Virus record (IMG/VR): IMGVR_UViG_3300010371_000009
Coordinates: 1 to 57,027 of that record
Length of the DNA: 57,027 nt
From: a virus
Taxonomy: Duplodnaviria; Caudoviricetes
Direction: 5' to 3' (one strand)
Shown here: positions 37,725 to 45,721 of the stretch, one piece after another
Layout of the letters: each line of letters starts with the position of its first letter
How positions within the stretch are numbered: the stretch's first letter is position 1
Made by a program: the position numbers and the translations under genes
Notes under the pieces: generated by a model
Databases searched by the model: none
What the model saw: only the letters and a program-made list of their open reading frames with translations
What the model was told of the DNA's origin: nothing

Positions 37725-37784
37725 AACATTCCTCCATCTGATACATTCAACATATCAAACTAGAATTTGTTAGTCAAGCGTTAT

Positions 37785-37973
37785 TTAAATCTCTCCACGT
37801 TTAGGCAAGCGCCCATTGGTTTCATAAAATTGCCGTGTCAAATGCAAGCGATACCATTTCCAGCATTTAACATGAAAATCGTATTGCTCATTCTTAACAG
37901 TCTTGACAAACCGATTTGGATTGCGCCAAAGACCAGAACGTTCGTTACAGAATTGACCATACGTTTGATACAT
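37785..37973 (-). CDS. hypothetical protein
   Basis: MYQTYGQF... with GGAG RBS (track start 38027). Confidence 0.6.
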   Translation of the reverse strand: MYQTYGQFCNERSGLWRNPNRFVKTVKNEQYDFHVKCWKWYRLHLTRQFYETNGRLPKRGEI

Positions 37974-38036
37974 TTGCTTAGCTCCATTCGATAAATTGAG
38001 ACTAGCAAATTTTAATATGTATGTCAACTGTTAAAA

Positions 38037-38756
38037 TCACTTCAATCTTAATACAGCGTTAGAACCTGTAACAGGTCGCCCAAAGCTCGCACGATCACCA
38101 GCAGTTCTACCAGCAGCAAAACTATCGCTTTCAATCTTATTCTTACGTCCGCGATTATCAGCGGCTTTGATGTTAATTCCATTCATAGCGTCTTTAATAA
38201 GAGATTGCTTGGCAATCACCAATGCTGTGGAATTGGCCGATACCTTGTGATTATCAACCAATTCTTTAAGCCGCTGATTAATGCGCGAGCAGCAGCCAAT
38301 CACAAAGCTTGAAACAACTCTATGCCGCTCTGCGCCTTGTAGAACGGTCAAATTGTTGCTCCACAAATAATCTTTCAATTGATTGCGAACAAATTGAATA
38401 AGGCTATCATGAAGGAATATTGCAAATTCAACATCAGCCTTCAAGCCGACAAACTTCATCGTCTCTTTACGATCAAACGATCTTGAACGATAGCACAAAG
38501 TTTCGGTAAATTTACCGATAAAATATCCAAGCTTATAACCAATCTTGTGGGTATCCTTGGTGTTGGAAAAATCAATGATTGCGCTTTCTTCTTCACGCAC
38601 AATCCGCAAATCTTCATCAGTGACTTCGTAAGCATCCATCATGGCTTGAGCCATGCTAAGAGCACTCATGGCTTCAGCTTCAGTGCAGCCATTATCCGTA
38701 GTCTTACTCATAAGAGCGCGGATTTTGTTCAGAAGCTTTTCGCGATTGTCAGACAT
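38037..38756 (-). CDS. DUF2786-domain protein
   Basis: REKLLNKIRALMSKT...TEAEAMSALSMAQAMM N-terminal motif. Confidence 0.8.
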   Translation of the reverse strand: MSDNREKLLNKIRALMSKTTDNGCTEAEAMSALSMAQAMMDAYEVTDEDLRIVREEESAIIDFSNTKDTHKIGYKLGYFIGKFTETLCYRSRSFDRKETMKFVGLKADVEFAIFLHDSLIQFVRNQLKDYLWSNNLTVLQGAERHRVVSSFVIGCCSRINQRLKELVDNHKVSANSTALVIAKQSLIKDAMNGINIKAADNRGRKNKIESDSFAAGRTAGDRASFGRPVTGSNAVLRLK

Positions 38757-38758
38757 GA

Positions 38759-38974
38759 TTACCTCTTTATTTGTGCTATTGCGCGTTCAATGTCGCGCCT
38801 TACCTTGCGAGCAATTCCCGCTCTTGCGTCATTACCTTGAGACATTATAATCGTTTTTGAATAGCCGTCAAGATAAAACTTAATATGATTGGTTCCACTC
38901 CATTTATAGTCGTACCTGATATTGTGCTTTTTACATACTTCAATGGCTGTTTCAAGAGTAACAATTTTGGTCAT
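38759..38974 (-). CDS. HicA-like small protein (tentative)
   Basis: 71 aa with a helix-GxxHxK-beta-helix pattern (SGTNHIKF). Confidence 0.4.
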   Translation of the reverse strand: MTKIVTLETAIEVCKKHNIRYDYKWSGTNHIKFYLDGYSKTIIMSQGNDARAGIARKVRRDIERAIAQIKR

Positions 38975-38987
38975 ATGTCACCTTGCT

Positions 38988-39016
38988 AAAAAGAAGCCCG
39001 CATTTGCGCGGGCTTT
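38988..39016 (-). terminator. intrinsic terminator
   Basis: aagcccgc...gcgggctt with T-run on the minus strand. Confidence 0.7.
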
Positions 39017-39026
39017 AAGGTTCCTC

Positions 39027-39311
39027 TTATACTTCAACTTTTGGCAAAGCCGCCTTCATTTCATCAGCCCATACCTTCACATCTTCAGCAGCTTTTGTTG
39101 CTTCAGAACGCTTGTACTTCTTACCTGTATATTGAGTGGCCAATTCGAGCATTTTAGTAATGCCAAAACCCCGAGTAGGAATAATGCGGCCATTTGAGTT
39201 TACATAGAGCTTCAAAGCACTCGCAAGTGTTTCAGCTTGAATGTAACGCATTGCATCAGGTCCAACGAAAGCTACACATTTACCGTCTTTAATTCTGATT
39301 AGGTTATCCAT
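39027..39311 (-). CDS. hypothetical protein
   Basis: MDNLIRIK... with AGGAG RBS. Confidence 0.7.
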   Translation of the reverse strand: MDNLIRIKDGKCVAFVGPDAMRYIQAETLASALKLYVNSNGRIIPTRGFGITKMLELATQYTGKKYKRSEATKAAEDVKVWADEMKAALPKVEV

Positions 39312-39363
39312 CTTGTGCTTCTCCTGTTCAACAATCATACCTTACTTTAAATGTTACAGCTTG

Positions 39364-39693
39364 TCAACTAAATCCTTCCATATCTTCACGCACCATTTCA
39401 TCATAGCTTTCTACATCATTTTCAATATAATTATAATAGGCTCGCTCTGAAGCAGCTTCAGCAGCATGTTCCGCTTCCATATTAGAAATATAGTTTAAAT
39501 ATCCAACCTTAACTGCTGCGAGCATTTCAGGAATGCTCATATCAGCTTCAAGATGAATATAATCATTCAACATGCTATCAGAAGAAGTAAACACATGAGC
39601 AATTTCACAATTAGAAAGGCGACCAAATTCACAACCATCAACTTTAAGAACATAATCGCCAGTTGAATTTATCTTGCTAGCTGTGAAGTTCAT
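39364..39693 (-). CDS. acidic hypothetical protein
   Basis: MNFTASK... with GGGAG RBS and own promoter. Confidence 0.7.
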   Translation of the reverse strand: MNFTASKINSTGDYVLKVDGCEFGRLSNCEIAHVFTSSDSMLNDYIHLEADMSIPEMLAAVKVGYLNYISNMEAEHAAEAASERAYYNYIENDVESYDEMVREDMEGFS

Positions 39694-39721
39694 TTTGTAT
39701 CTCCCTTGCTTCAGTCTCAAC

Positions 39722-39750
39722 AATATACATTTAAACAATTAGCTTGTCAA
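39722..39750 (-). promoter_or_regulatory. sigma70-type promoter
   Basis: TTGACA-17-TATATT on minus strand. Confidence 0.75.
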
Positions 39751-39964
39751 GCGATAATGGTACAAATTCATCAGGATAAAAATACATCACAGAAGGATAC
39801 TTTTTGTTTACCTTTCGTGGTCGTTTTGCTGCATAGATGTATTTGACTTTGACATTCTCTGGCGCTGTTCGCTTTGTTCTATTTTTGCGCTTCAAACGAT
39901 CTATGCGCTTAAGTTGCGATTGCCTTGCTTCATTCAAAACTGTCTGTCTGGATACGTAAACCAT
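39731..39964 (-). CDS. basic hypothetical protein
   Basis: 77 aa, K/R-rich. Confidence 0.55.
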   Translation of the reverse strand: MVYVSRQTVLNEARQSQLKRIDRLKRKNRTKRTAPENVKVKYIYAAKRPRKVNKKYPSVMYFYPDEFVPLSLDKLIV

Positions 39965-40514
39965 AATGTGCCCACAAAATCAATAGGTTGTTGAACAGGT
40001 CACGATAACACAACCGGCTCAAAAGTCAAGCGTCTCGTAAGCTATTGAAATGTAAAGGTTTTTTGGACTATATTTTTTATATTAGCATTTATAATGGTGG
40101 GGGTATCATAAGCTATTGATATTGCTTCATATATATTTTTATAGTGATTTATTATAAATATAACGGCAGGGGGAGGGGAGGGGGGGATAGCCATCTGTTG
40201 CCATCTGATATGCCATTCGCTTAATTGTCGCTATCTCTATGCTATATTTATATATATTAATATATTTATAATAAAAGAATATAAAAGTAAGTAAGACAGG
40301 CATTCCATCGTTATACTTTCTGCTGATTTTCCTTACAAAACGTGGCTTTTCAGATAGCGACTGATAAGTTTATTGTGGGCAACAGAATAGACTTGACATG
40401 GCAAAATCATCGCGATAAAAGGTTTTCTTCATGGCTTGTTCTGGCATTAGTTTTAAATAGCTAATGGTTTTAGTCGTAAGTCATATAGCGCAAGTCGCAA
40501 GCGGAGGGTTTTAA
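39965..40514. other. 550-bp non-coding divergence region (candidate origin, genome end or pac region)
   Basis: Longest ORF-free stretch, with AT-rich tracts, a G5AG4AG7 run and GCCAT x3; transcription diverges here. Confidence 0.5.
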
Positions 40515-40832
40515 ATGGCGGAAATCGTTGGTCGAAGTGCTGAAGCAATGGCGGCATATAGCGAGAAGAAGGCGAACGGACAGCAACGAAAGGGTAGGAA
40601 TGCAACTTATCCTTGGCATGATCTTGAAATAGGTCAATCGTTTCCAGTAAGTAAAGAAAGCATTAAAAAATCAAGCTTAATTACATTAGCTGCTAGGACT
40701 AGCAAGCGATTGGGTAAAGAATTTTTTGTTTATGAGCATAAGAATGTGTATGAAGTCACAAGAGTTGATGATTTGAAGAATGAACAAATTCAACCTGTTC
40801 GTAAGGTTGATTTTGGATTTGGAAAGGATTAA
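40515..40832 (+). CDS. putative DNA-binding protein (YPW..L..GQSF motif)
   Basis: GGAGG RBS; motif shared with 48219..48848. Confidence 0.7.
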   Translation: MAEIVGRSAEAMAAYSEKKANGQQRKGRNATYPWHDLEIGQSFPVSKESIKKSSLITLAARTSKRLGKEFFVYEHKNVYEVTRVDDLKNEQIQPVRKVDFGFGKD

Positions 40833-40834
40833 AA

Positions 40835-41035
40835 ATGGATAGTGAAAAGCGATGGTTTGTGTTTAGAACACATTTAAATTATGCAAATTTTGGCAAGCTT
40901 GGTCAATCATTTTTAAATACTCAATTGATTGGTGGGCCATTTGAAAAGTCAGAAGGGGAAGAATATTGTAGAGATTTGATTAAAGATAAATGCGCTGATG
41001 AATTTTACGGATTGATTGAATACATAGGAGAATAA
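40835..41035 (+). CDS. hypothetical protein
   Basis: 66 aa with RBS. Confidence 0.65.
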   Translation: MDSEKRWFVFRTHLNYANFGKLGQSFLNTQLIGGPFEKSEGEEYCRDLIKDKCADEFYGLIEYIGE

Positions 41036-41037
41036 AA

Positions 41038-41223
41038 ATGATGGAAGATAAGCAATATTTTGTTATCAAGCAAGTTGTAGTAGGTATGTTCATATCTAAA
41101 TATATTGTTGTAGATGGTCCGTTTGAGTATGCTAGCGCATGTTTGCGTGTAAAGCATTTATCTAATAAATGTCGATCTAAAAATTTAAATTATAGTATAG
41201 CTGAATATGAAAGGGAAGATTAA
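41038..41223 (+). CDS. hypothetical protein (paralogue of preceding gene)
   Basis: YFVIK...GPFE...YSIAEY; AGGAG RBS. Confidence 0.65.
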   Translation: MMEDKQYFVIKQVVVGMFISKYIVVDGPFEYASACLRVKHLSNKCRSKNLNYSIAEYERED

Positions 41224-41430
41224 ATGTCACATGATTTAATAAAAACTATGGTTAAAAATGCTATGAAAGTGCTCGCAACAGCCTTGACTATTGCTCCTAC
41301 TCGTGAAGAAGCTTTTAGAGGATTGGAGCTATTGAATGATGATTTTAAAGAAATTATCAATCATTGTTATGATGTTAAGGAAGGAAAGAATGTTGTCAAG
41401 ATGGTTGTGAATAACGATAAAAAGGCTTGA
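41224..41430 (+). CDS. hypothetical protein
   Basis: 68 aa, tightly packed. Confidence 0.6.
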   Translation: MSHDLIKTMVKNAMKVLATALTIAPTREEAFRGLELLNDDFKEIINHCYDVKEGKNVVKMVVNNDKKA

Positions 41431-41433
41431 TAG

Positions 41434-41661
41434 ATGACAAATTTAATGGATGACAGTATTGCTAAATTTGTGCATGGTGAAAGATATAGAAATTTAAATA
41501 TTATATGTCATATTAATTCTTATGGATCATTAAGTGTTGTAGTTGTCGATAGCTACAATAAGTATCTGTTTGGTGGAAATAACATACTTGACGCTAGAAC
41601 ATTTATTGATATTTATATCAAGATATGTAAAGAAAAAGGCTTGACAATGAAGATACATTAA
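41434..41661 (+). CDS. hypothetical protein
   Basis: 75 aa. Confidence 0.55.
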   Translation: MTNLMDDSIAKFVHGERYRNLNIICHINSYGSLSVVVVDSYNKYLFGGNNILDARTFIDIYIKICKEKGLTMKIH

Positions 41662-41700
41662 GATATGTTCTACTTGTCTAACGACAAATGGAGATTACCG

Positions 41701-41910
41701 ATGGCTTACACAACTTTCAATTTTAAGAGCAAGAAGGCTTTGAAAGAAGCAATCAAGAGTGAGCAAATTCGCTGCTATCAGCCTGGATTAGGACCAGACC
41801 TTTCAAACTTCACTGGTAGGGTTTCTCTTGAAGGCCCGCATTATCCCAAGCCACATACATGGTATGCTGAAGCTGAATTGGTGAATGGTGTTGTTGTGAA
41901 GGTGAAATGA
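41701..41910 (+). CDS. conserved-looking hypothetical phage protein
   Basis: MAYTTFNFKSKKALKEA...EGPHYPKPHTWYA; GGAG RBS; TTGACA upstream. Confidence 0.75.
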   Translation: MAYTTFNFKSKKALKEAIKSEQIRCYQPGLGPDLSNFTGRVSLEGPHYPKPHTWYAEAELVNGVVVKVK

Positions 41911-41911
41911 C

Positions 41912-42100
41912 ATGATGATTTTTAGTAGCAATATAGATAATGAATATAAAGATAAAATTTTAGAAGCTGCTAAGCGAAGTGGTTGTTATATTGAAATAAG
42001 ACTACCTACTAATGAGCTTTTAAAAGATACTCATTTTAGTTTGTGGCGTAAAGAATTTGATATTAGTAAGTTTTGGCGTGAATATGAGAAGTTGGAGTAG
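41912..42100 (+). CDS. hypothetical protein
   Basis: 62 aa. Confidence 0.6.
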   Translation: MMIFSSNIDNEYKDKILEAAKRSGCYIEIRLPTNELLKDTHFSLWRKEFDISKFWREYEKLE

Positions 42101-42107
42101 TTTTAAA

Positions 42108-42194
42108 TGATCTATGATATTTTAAATGTTTTGTTTTGGATTTGTTTTCTTGTAATTTGCGCGCGTTTGATGTATCTTGAATTGAAGCAATAGG
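42108..42194 (+). CDS. 28-aa hydrophobic peptide
   Basis: MIYDILNVLFWICFLVICARLMYLELKQ*; GGAG RBS; end approximate to 1 nt. Confidence 0.5.
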
Positions 42195-42294
42195 AAGGTA
42201 GAGCTTACTTTATTGATATATACCAGTTTGGTAAGTCACAGTATGTTGATAAAGGACAAGGCTTGCGCGCGAAAGGCTGCTCTACCTTCCTATT
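42189..42294 (+). ncRNA. candidate ~106-nt structured RNA closed by a 16-bp perfect stem
   Basis: aataggaaggtagagc (42189-204) pairs with gctctaccttcctatt (42279-94); inner G-U-rich helix. Confidence 0.5.
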
Positions 42295-42309
42295 ATTTTG
42301 AGATATATA

Positions 42310-42498
42310 ATGAAACATAAATATGTAATAAGTGGTGATGGCACAGGTAGAACCTATGGTATCTACAAAGTGCTATCTGGTGTTTTTGTTTTTCCAATTG
42401 ATAGAGATTTAGTGGAAGGTGGATTGAAAAATCTAACTGCTGCGCGAAAGCGTGTTAAAGAATTGAATAAACAAGATGGAGAGAGCTTGGATGATTAA
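42310..42498 (+). CDS. hypothetical protein
   Basis: MKHKYVISGDG... Confidence 0.65.
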   Translation: MKHKYVISGDGTGRTYGIYKVLSGVFVFPIDRDLVEGGLKNLTAARKRVKELNKQDGESLDD

Positions 42499-42664
42499 GA
42501 TTACTCATACAGACAATACAGTTGGATATGTTTGTAAGCGCGAAATTAGCTCTATGTTTTGGGACGTTTCTACAAAAAATACAAGAATTAGAATGACCAA
42601 TGGCGATACCATTTATGTTAATGAGCCGCCAGAATTTCTTTTAATTCTTAATGGAGAAGGGTAA
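42491..42664 (+). CDS. FlbD-like small beta protein
   Basis: MIKIT...TRIRMTNGDTIYVNEPPE. Confidence 0.55.
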   Translation: MIKITHTDNTVGYVCKREISSMFWDVSTKNTRIRMTNGDTIYVNEPPEFLLILNGEG

Positions 42665-42849
42665 TGCTTAAACTTAAAGATGCAGATAATAATAAAAAAT
42701 GTATTTATCTTCATCCTCCACACATTGTTTATATGTGTAATTATAATGATGGAGAAACAATGGTAAATATGATTGACAATACTGCTCTTTATGTTAAAGA
42801 AAGCTGTGAGGAAATTCTAGCTATGATGGAGAAACTTAAAAATGTCTGA
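42664..42849 (+). CDS. FlbD-like small beta protein (tandem paralogue)
   Basis: MLKL...IYLHPPHI...TMVNMIDNTALYVKESCEEI. Confidence 0.6.
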   Translation: MLKLKDADNNKKCIYLHPPHIVYMCNYNDGETMVNMIDNTALYVKESCEEILAMMEKLKNV

Positions 42850-43072
42850 TCTTAAATCGCACATTCTTGAAGAAGCGATTGAAGCTGGTGTAGAGTGTTT
42901 TAAGAAAGGTGTTAAGATTATTTTAATTACAACTAACAGCAAAGGACGCGCGTTGGAAGTTCTTAGGCTAGCTAATATTGCAATGACTAAAGAAATCGAA
43001 GAATTTTATAAGGATGAAATTTCTAAGACAACGTTGGATGAATTTATAGAGAGCTTCAAAGAAATCTATTGA
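42842..43072 (+). CDS. hypothetical protein
   Basis: 76 aa with GGAG RBS. Confidence 0.65.
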   Translation: MSDLKSHILEEAIEAGVECFKKGVKIILITTNSKGRALEVLRLANIAMTKEIEEFYKDEISKTTLDEFIESFKEIY

Positions 43073-43097
43073 CAGCTTATTGTGGGTATAGTATAAG
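43069..43097 (+). promoter_or_regulatory. sigma70-type promoter driving a non-coding transcript
   Basis: TTGACA-17-TATAAG. Confidence 0.7.
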
Positions 43098-43102
43098 AGC
43101 TA

Positions 43103-43432
43103 CAAGTAACTGAAAGGAAAACCCTTTAGTGGTGAAAGCGACTATAGCTTTCTTCCGAGTAAGTGAAACAAACATTGGAGGTACGTTATGTGCGGGATAT
43201 TAAAGCCCGCTAATTAGAACGCGGTTTAGAAGTGCCAGAAATGAAATAGCGAAAGCACAAGTTACCGCAGAGACAAATAAACTGACTTGATTTATGAAAT
43301 AAACTTGCAAGATTATTTATAGCCTTGGCGTCGGGCAGATAGCAATAGACGTTAATTTAACCAAGGTGGTTAAAATGAAGATGATCTAATTAGAAATGAG
43401 GGGTAGCGACGCACACTCGCTACCCTTTTTTT
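43103..43432 (+). ncRNA. candidate ~330-nt stand-alone ncRNA
   Basis: Bounded by promoter and terminator, no substantial ORF seen, several complementary helices. Confidence 0.55.
43398..43432 (+). terminator. intrinsic terminator
   Basis: gggtagcga-cgcacac-tcgctaccc followed by T7. Confidence 0.85.
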
Positions 43433-43455
43433 ATTTATATTGTTGGATATTTTAA

Positions 43456-43653
43456 ATGATACTTCAACTTGATCCACCATTAATTTTAAATACACCTAAA
43501 GGTAAAGCAATCTGTCATTTGGTGATTGACTATGGTATAGAACATGACTTAGAATGGGTTTGTTTTATCCATGAAACTGGCGAATGTTGGACGTATCGTA
43601 ATCAAGATGTAAGAATAATTGAGAATGTAACAATAGGACGAACATTTAAATGA
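43456..43653 (+). CDS. conserved-looking hypothetical phage protein
   Basis: QLDPPL..NTPKG...IDYGIEHDLEWVCF..ETGECWT. Confidence 0.75.
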   Translation: MILQLDPPLILNTPKGKAICHLVIDYGIEHDLEWVCFIHETGECWTYRNQDVRIIENVTIGRTFK

Positions 43654-43811
43654 ACAATGTTATAGAAGTAATTTCACAAATTGCTGTTGTAATTGCTCTT
43701 ATTGTGCTTGCTGAAATGCTCCTGCTTGTGAATATCTTGCTCGCATCATTGATTTGTATGATAATTAAAGAGCGGTGGTTGTGGTTTAAGGAAAAGTTTA
43801 AGAAAGTTTAA
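43650..43811 (+). CDS. 53-aa membrane peptide
   Basis: MNNVIEVISQIAVVIALIVLAEMLLLVNILLASLICMIIKERWLWFKEKFKKV*; ATGA overlap. Confidence 0.6.
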   Translation: MNNVIEVISQIAVVIALIVLAEMLLLVNILLASLICMIIKERWLWFKEKFKKV

Positions 43812-43928
43812 ATGATGTATTTAGAATTTTTGTATTGGATGAATGTGATTTTGATCTTGATTACATCATTGTTTGTGGTATTAACTATTAGAGAAGCCTT
43901 TATAGATTTTAAGGACAAGTCTAAATGA
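43812..43928 (+). CDS. 38-aa membrane peptide
   Basis: MMYLEFLYWMNVILILITSLFVVLTIREAFIDFKDKSK*. Confidence 0.55.
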   Translation: MMYLEFLYWMNVILILITSLFVVLTIREAFIDFKDKSK

Positions 43929-44068
43929 AATCTCACAGTGTCCTACCATCGCGCAAACAAAGTAAGAAAGCTGTTCATAAGGTCTTGAAAGCGACTAAGA
44001 ACCATCATGACCGCACAGCTATCAATTATAGCAAGCAAAAGAAATCTAAGCTTGGATTGATGAAATGA
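43925..44068 (+). CDS. 47-aa basic peptide
   Basis: MKSHSVLPSRKQSKKAVHK...; ATGA overlaps at both ends. Confidence 0.55.
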   Translation: MKSHSVLPSRKQSKKAVHKVLKATKNHHDRTAINYSKQKKSKLGLMK

Positions 44069-44160
44069 ACAATAAGCTTGACTGGATTACAATAGTGTGT
44101 ACAATAGACATTGTAATATCAACTTTAGCTTTGTATTGTCTTTATTCAAAAGGAATGTAA
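44065..44160 (+). CDS. 31-aa membrane peptide
   Basis: MNNKLDWITIVCTIDIVISTLALYCLYSKGM*. Confidence 0.5.
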   Translation: MNNKLDWITIVCTIDIVISTLALYCLYSKGM

Positions 44161-44162
44161 AC

Positions 44163-44285
44163 ATGAATGCTCGTTTTGTATTTGAATTGATGGAAGATGT
44201 TGCTTTGGTAATCGGTACTGTGCTGGTTGGTGCGGCTATTGGGCTTGGTGCAGCAATGATTGTCATTTTTAATTTCTTTCTGTAG
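44163..44285 (+). CDS. 40-aa membrane peptide
   Basis: MNARFVFELMEDVALVIGTVLVGAAIGLGAAMIVIFNFFL*; AAGGA RBS. Confidence 0.6.
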   Translation: MNARFVFELMEDVALVIGTVLVGAAIGLGAAMIVIFNFFL

Positions 44286-44293
44286 GTGATGAA

Positions 44294-44398
44294 ATGTATT
44301 TATCTTTTGCAGAATTAATAGTTTTATCACTCTTGCTTACAACTTTAGGATTTATTATTGGAATGGTTTGCGCCGCAGCTATATTCTTGAAGGACTAA
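44294..44398 (+). CDS. 34-aa membrane peptide
   Basis: MYLSFAELIVLSLLLTTLGFIIGMVCAAAIFLKD*; AGGTG RBS. Confidence 0.55.
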   Translation: MYLSFAELIVLSLLLTTLGFIIGMVCAAAIFLKD

Positions 44399-44401
44399 GC
44401 G

Positions 44402-44488
44402 ATGATCTATGAATTTTTAATTTCTAGCATCGTTGGTGGTGTGATTGGTGCTCTTATTGTCAATATTACAATTTATTTAAATAGGTGA
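44402..44488 (+). CDS. 28-aa membrane peptide
   Basis: MIYEFLISSIVGGVIGALIVNITIYLNR*; AAGGA RBS. Confidence 0.55.
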   Translation: MIYEFLISSIVGGVIGALIVNITIYLNR

Positions 44489-44493
44489 TAACA

Positions 44494-44634
44494 ATGCCAT
44501 ATCTATTTATATTTTTAACTTACATTTTTGGATTTAGTTGTGGAATTATGTTTATTTGCTTCCTTGCATATTTGGTTGAAATCAAGCATATTCGTTCTAT
44601 GAATGATAATCCTTATAAGTTGTGGCCAACATGA
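44494..44634 (+). CDS. 46-aa membrane peptide
   Basis: MPYLFIFLTYIFGFSCGIMFICFLAYLVEIKHIRS...*; AGGTG RBS. Confidence 0.55.
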   Translation: MPYLFIFLTYIFGFSCGIMFICFLAYLVEIKHIRSMNDNPYKLWPT

Positions 44635-44717
44635 TTACTGATATGTGGTCTATTATTTATTGCGCCGCACCACTCTTTTCGCTTGCAATGTTAATCGTTG
44701 TGGGTAAGCTGTTCTAA
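44631..44717 (+). CDS. 28-aa membrane peptide
   Basis: MITDMWSIIYCAAPLFSLAMLIVVGKLF*; ATGA overlap. Confidence 0.5.
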   Translation: MITDMWSIIYCAAPLFSLAMLIVVGKLF

Positions 44718-44719
44718 TC

Positions 44720-44930
44720 GGGGGACACTCCTGATAGCAGGTGAATGTTAGCATCAGCTAAATAAAAAGATTGCTTGCCTACATTGTTATTGACGCGACA
44801 AGCCCCTTTAATAATGTTGGTTAAAATGTAGTCCCTTTGATACTTCATCGTTTACATTAAAGCAATCGAGATACTTTGAGGCAGAATAACCTTAGAATTA
44901 GCTAAGACTAACCTTGAAGGTAGCTAACAT
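44720..44930 (+). ncRNA. candidate ~210-nt multi-helix structured RNA
   Basis: Nested pairs atgttagc/gctaacat, agctaa/ttagct, gattgctt/aagcaatc, acattgtta/taataatgt, aatgta/tacatt; possible gggac/gtccc pseudoknot. Confidence 0.5.
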
Positions 44931-44932
44931 AA

Positions 44933-45124
44933 ATGTCTTATATAATTCAAGAAGAAGATGGGATGATACTTTACTATAAGAAATGTAAAAATAAAGATTG
45001 TAATAATCAAATAGCAATAGGGTTGTCTAAAGAATATTGTTTTAAATGTGCGGGTTTCTCTAAGAAAGATTATCGTGATAAGAAGTGGCTCTTGAGCTTT
45101 CATCGTCAGGAAAGGTTGTATTGA
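44933..45124 (+). CDS. small Cys-containing (zinc-binding?) protein
   Basis: CKNKDC...YCFKC. Confidence 0.55.
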   Translation: MSYIIQEEDGMILYYKKCKNKDCNNQIAIGLSKEYCFKCAGFSKKDYRDKKWLLSFHRQERLY

Positions 45125-45480
45125 TGTTTAAAAATGTAATGTCAGCTTTGTTGAAAGCTCGTGAAAGCACACCTTATGTTATCAAATCCATCTACGATAG
45201 TCAGAAAGATGTTCTTGAATGGCAAGTGTGGAACAAAGAAGATTTAATCTTTGTTTGTCTTAGCCATGAAAAGACTGAAGCTGTTTGTGATACTTTGAAC
45301 GACGTTTATGTTACTGAAAAAGTTATTGAAGCTATGTTTGAGCCTGATATAGAAATGATAAGGTGTGCTAATAAAATAATGAGTTTTTCTAATGATACAA
45401 AATTGATATATCAATCAATGATTAGAACAGCGTTGAGTGGTAAGAATGTCATTGCTATTAAATCAACACCTAACAATTGA
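45085..45480 (+). CDS. hypothetical protein
   Basis: 131 aa; start uncertain. Confidence 0.65.
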   Translation: MALELSSSGKVVLMFKNVMSALLKARESTPYVIKSIYDSQKDVLEWQVWNKEDLIFVCLSHEKTEAVCDTLNDVYVTEKVIEAMFEPDIEMIRCANKIMSFSNDTKLIYQSMIRTALSGKNVIAIKSTPNN

Positions 45481-45721
45481 CCAAATTTTAAAATACTATG
45501 AATGTGATTACGATACGATTTTTACAATTAAAAATTTATATAGGTATCATGTTAAGATTAGGTTTATCATCTACTATATTTTAAAAGATTATTATGGCGC
45601 TACGCACAAAGGGATTGCCAAACTTTGCAATTCTGATAGAGCCTGTGTCATTCGTGGCATTAGAAAAGCTGTTCGCTATAAAGATGAAATTGATTTGGTT
45701 TATAAGCATTTGAATGGCTAA
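45446..45721 (+). CDS. DnaA C-terminal-like HTH protein
   Basis: RFIIYYILKD...THKGIAKLCNSDRACVIRGIRK resembles the DnaA domain IV HTH. Confidence 0.55.
   Translation: MSLLLNQHLTIDQILKYYECDYDTIFTIKNLYRYHVKIRFIIYYILKDYYGATHKGIAKLCNSDRACVIRGIRKAVRYKDEIDLVYKHLNG

Noticed and set aside
43103-43432. RNase P RNA or tmRNA identity for the ncRNA (GAAAGGAAACCC and AAGTGCCAGAAA resemble RNase P elements)
   Set aside because: No CR-V/P4 partner (AACCCGGCTTA-like), no tRNA-like acceptor/T-arm with CCA, and no convincing tag reading frame
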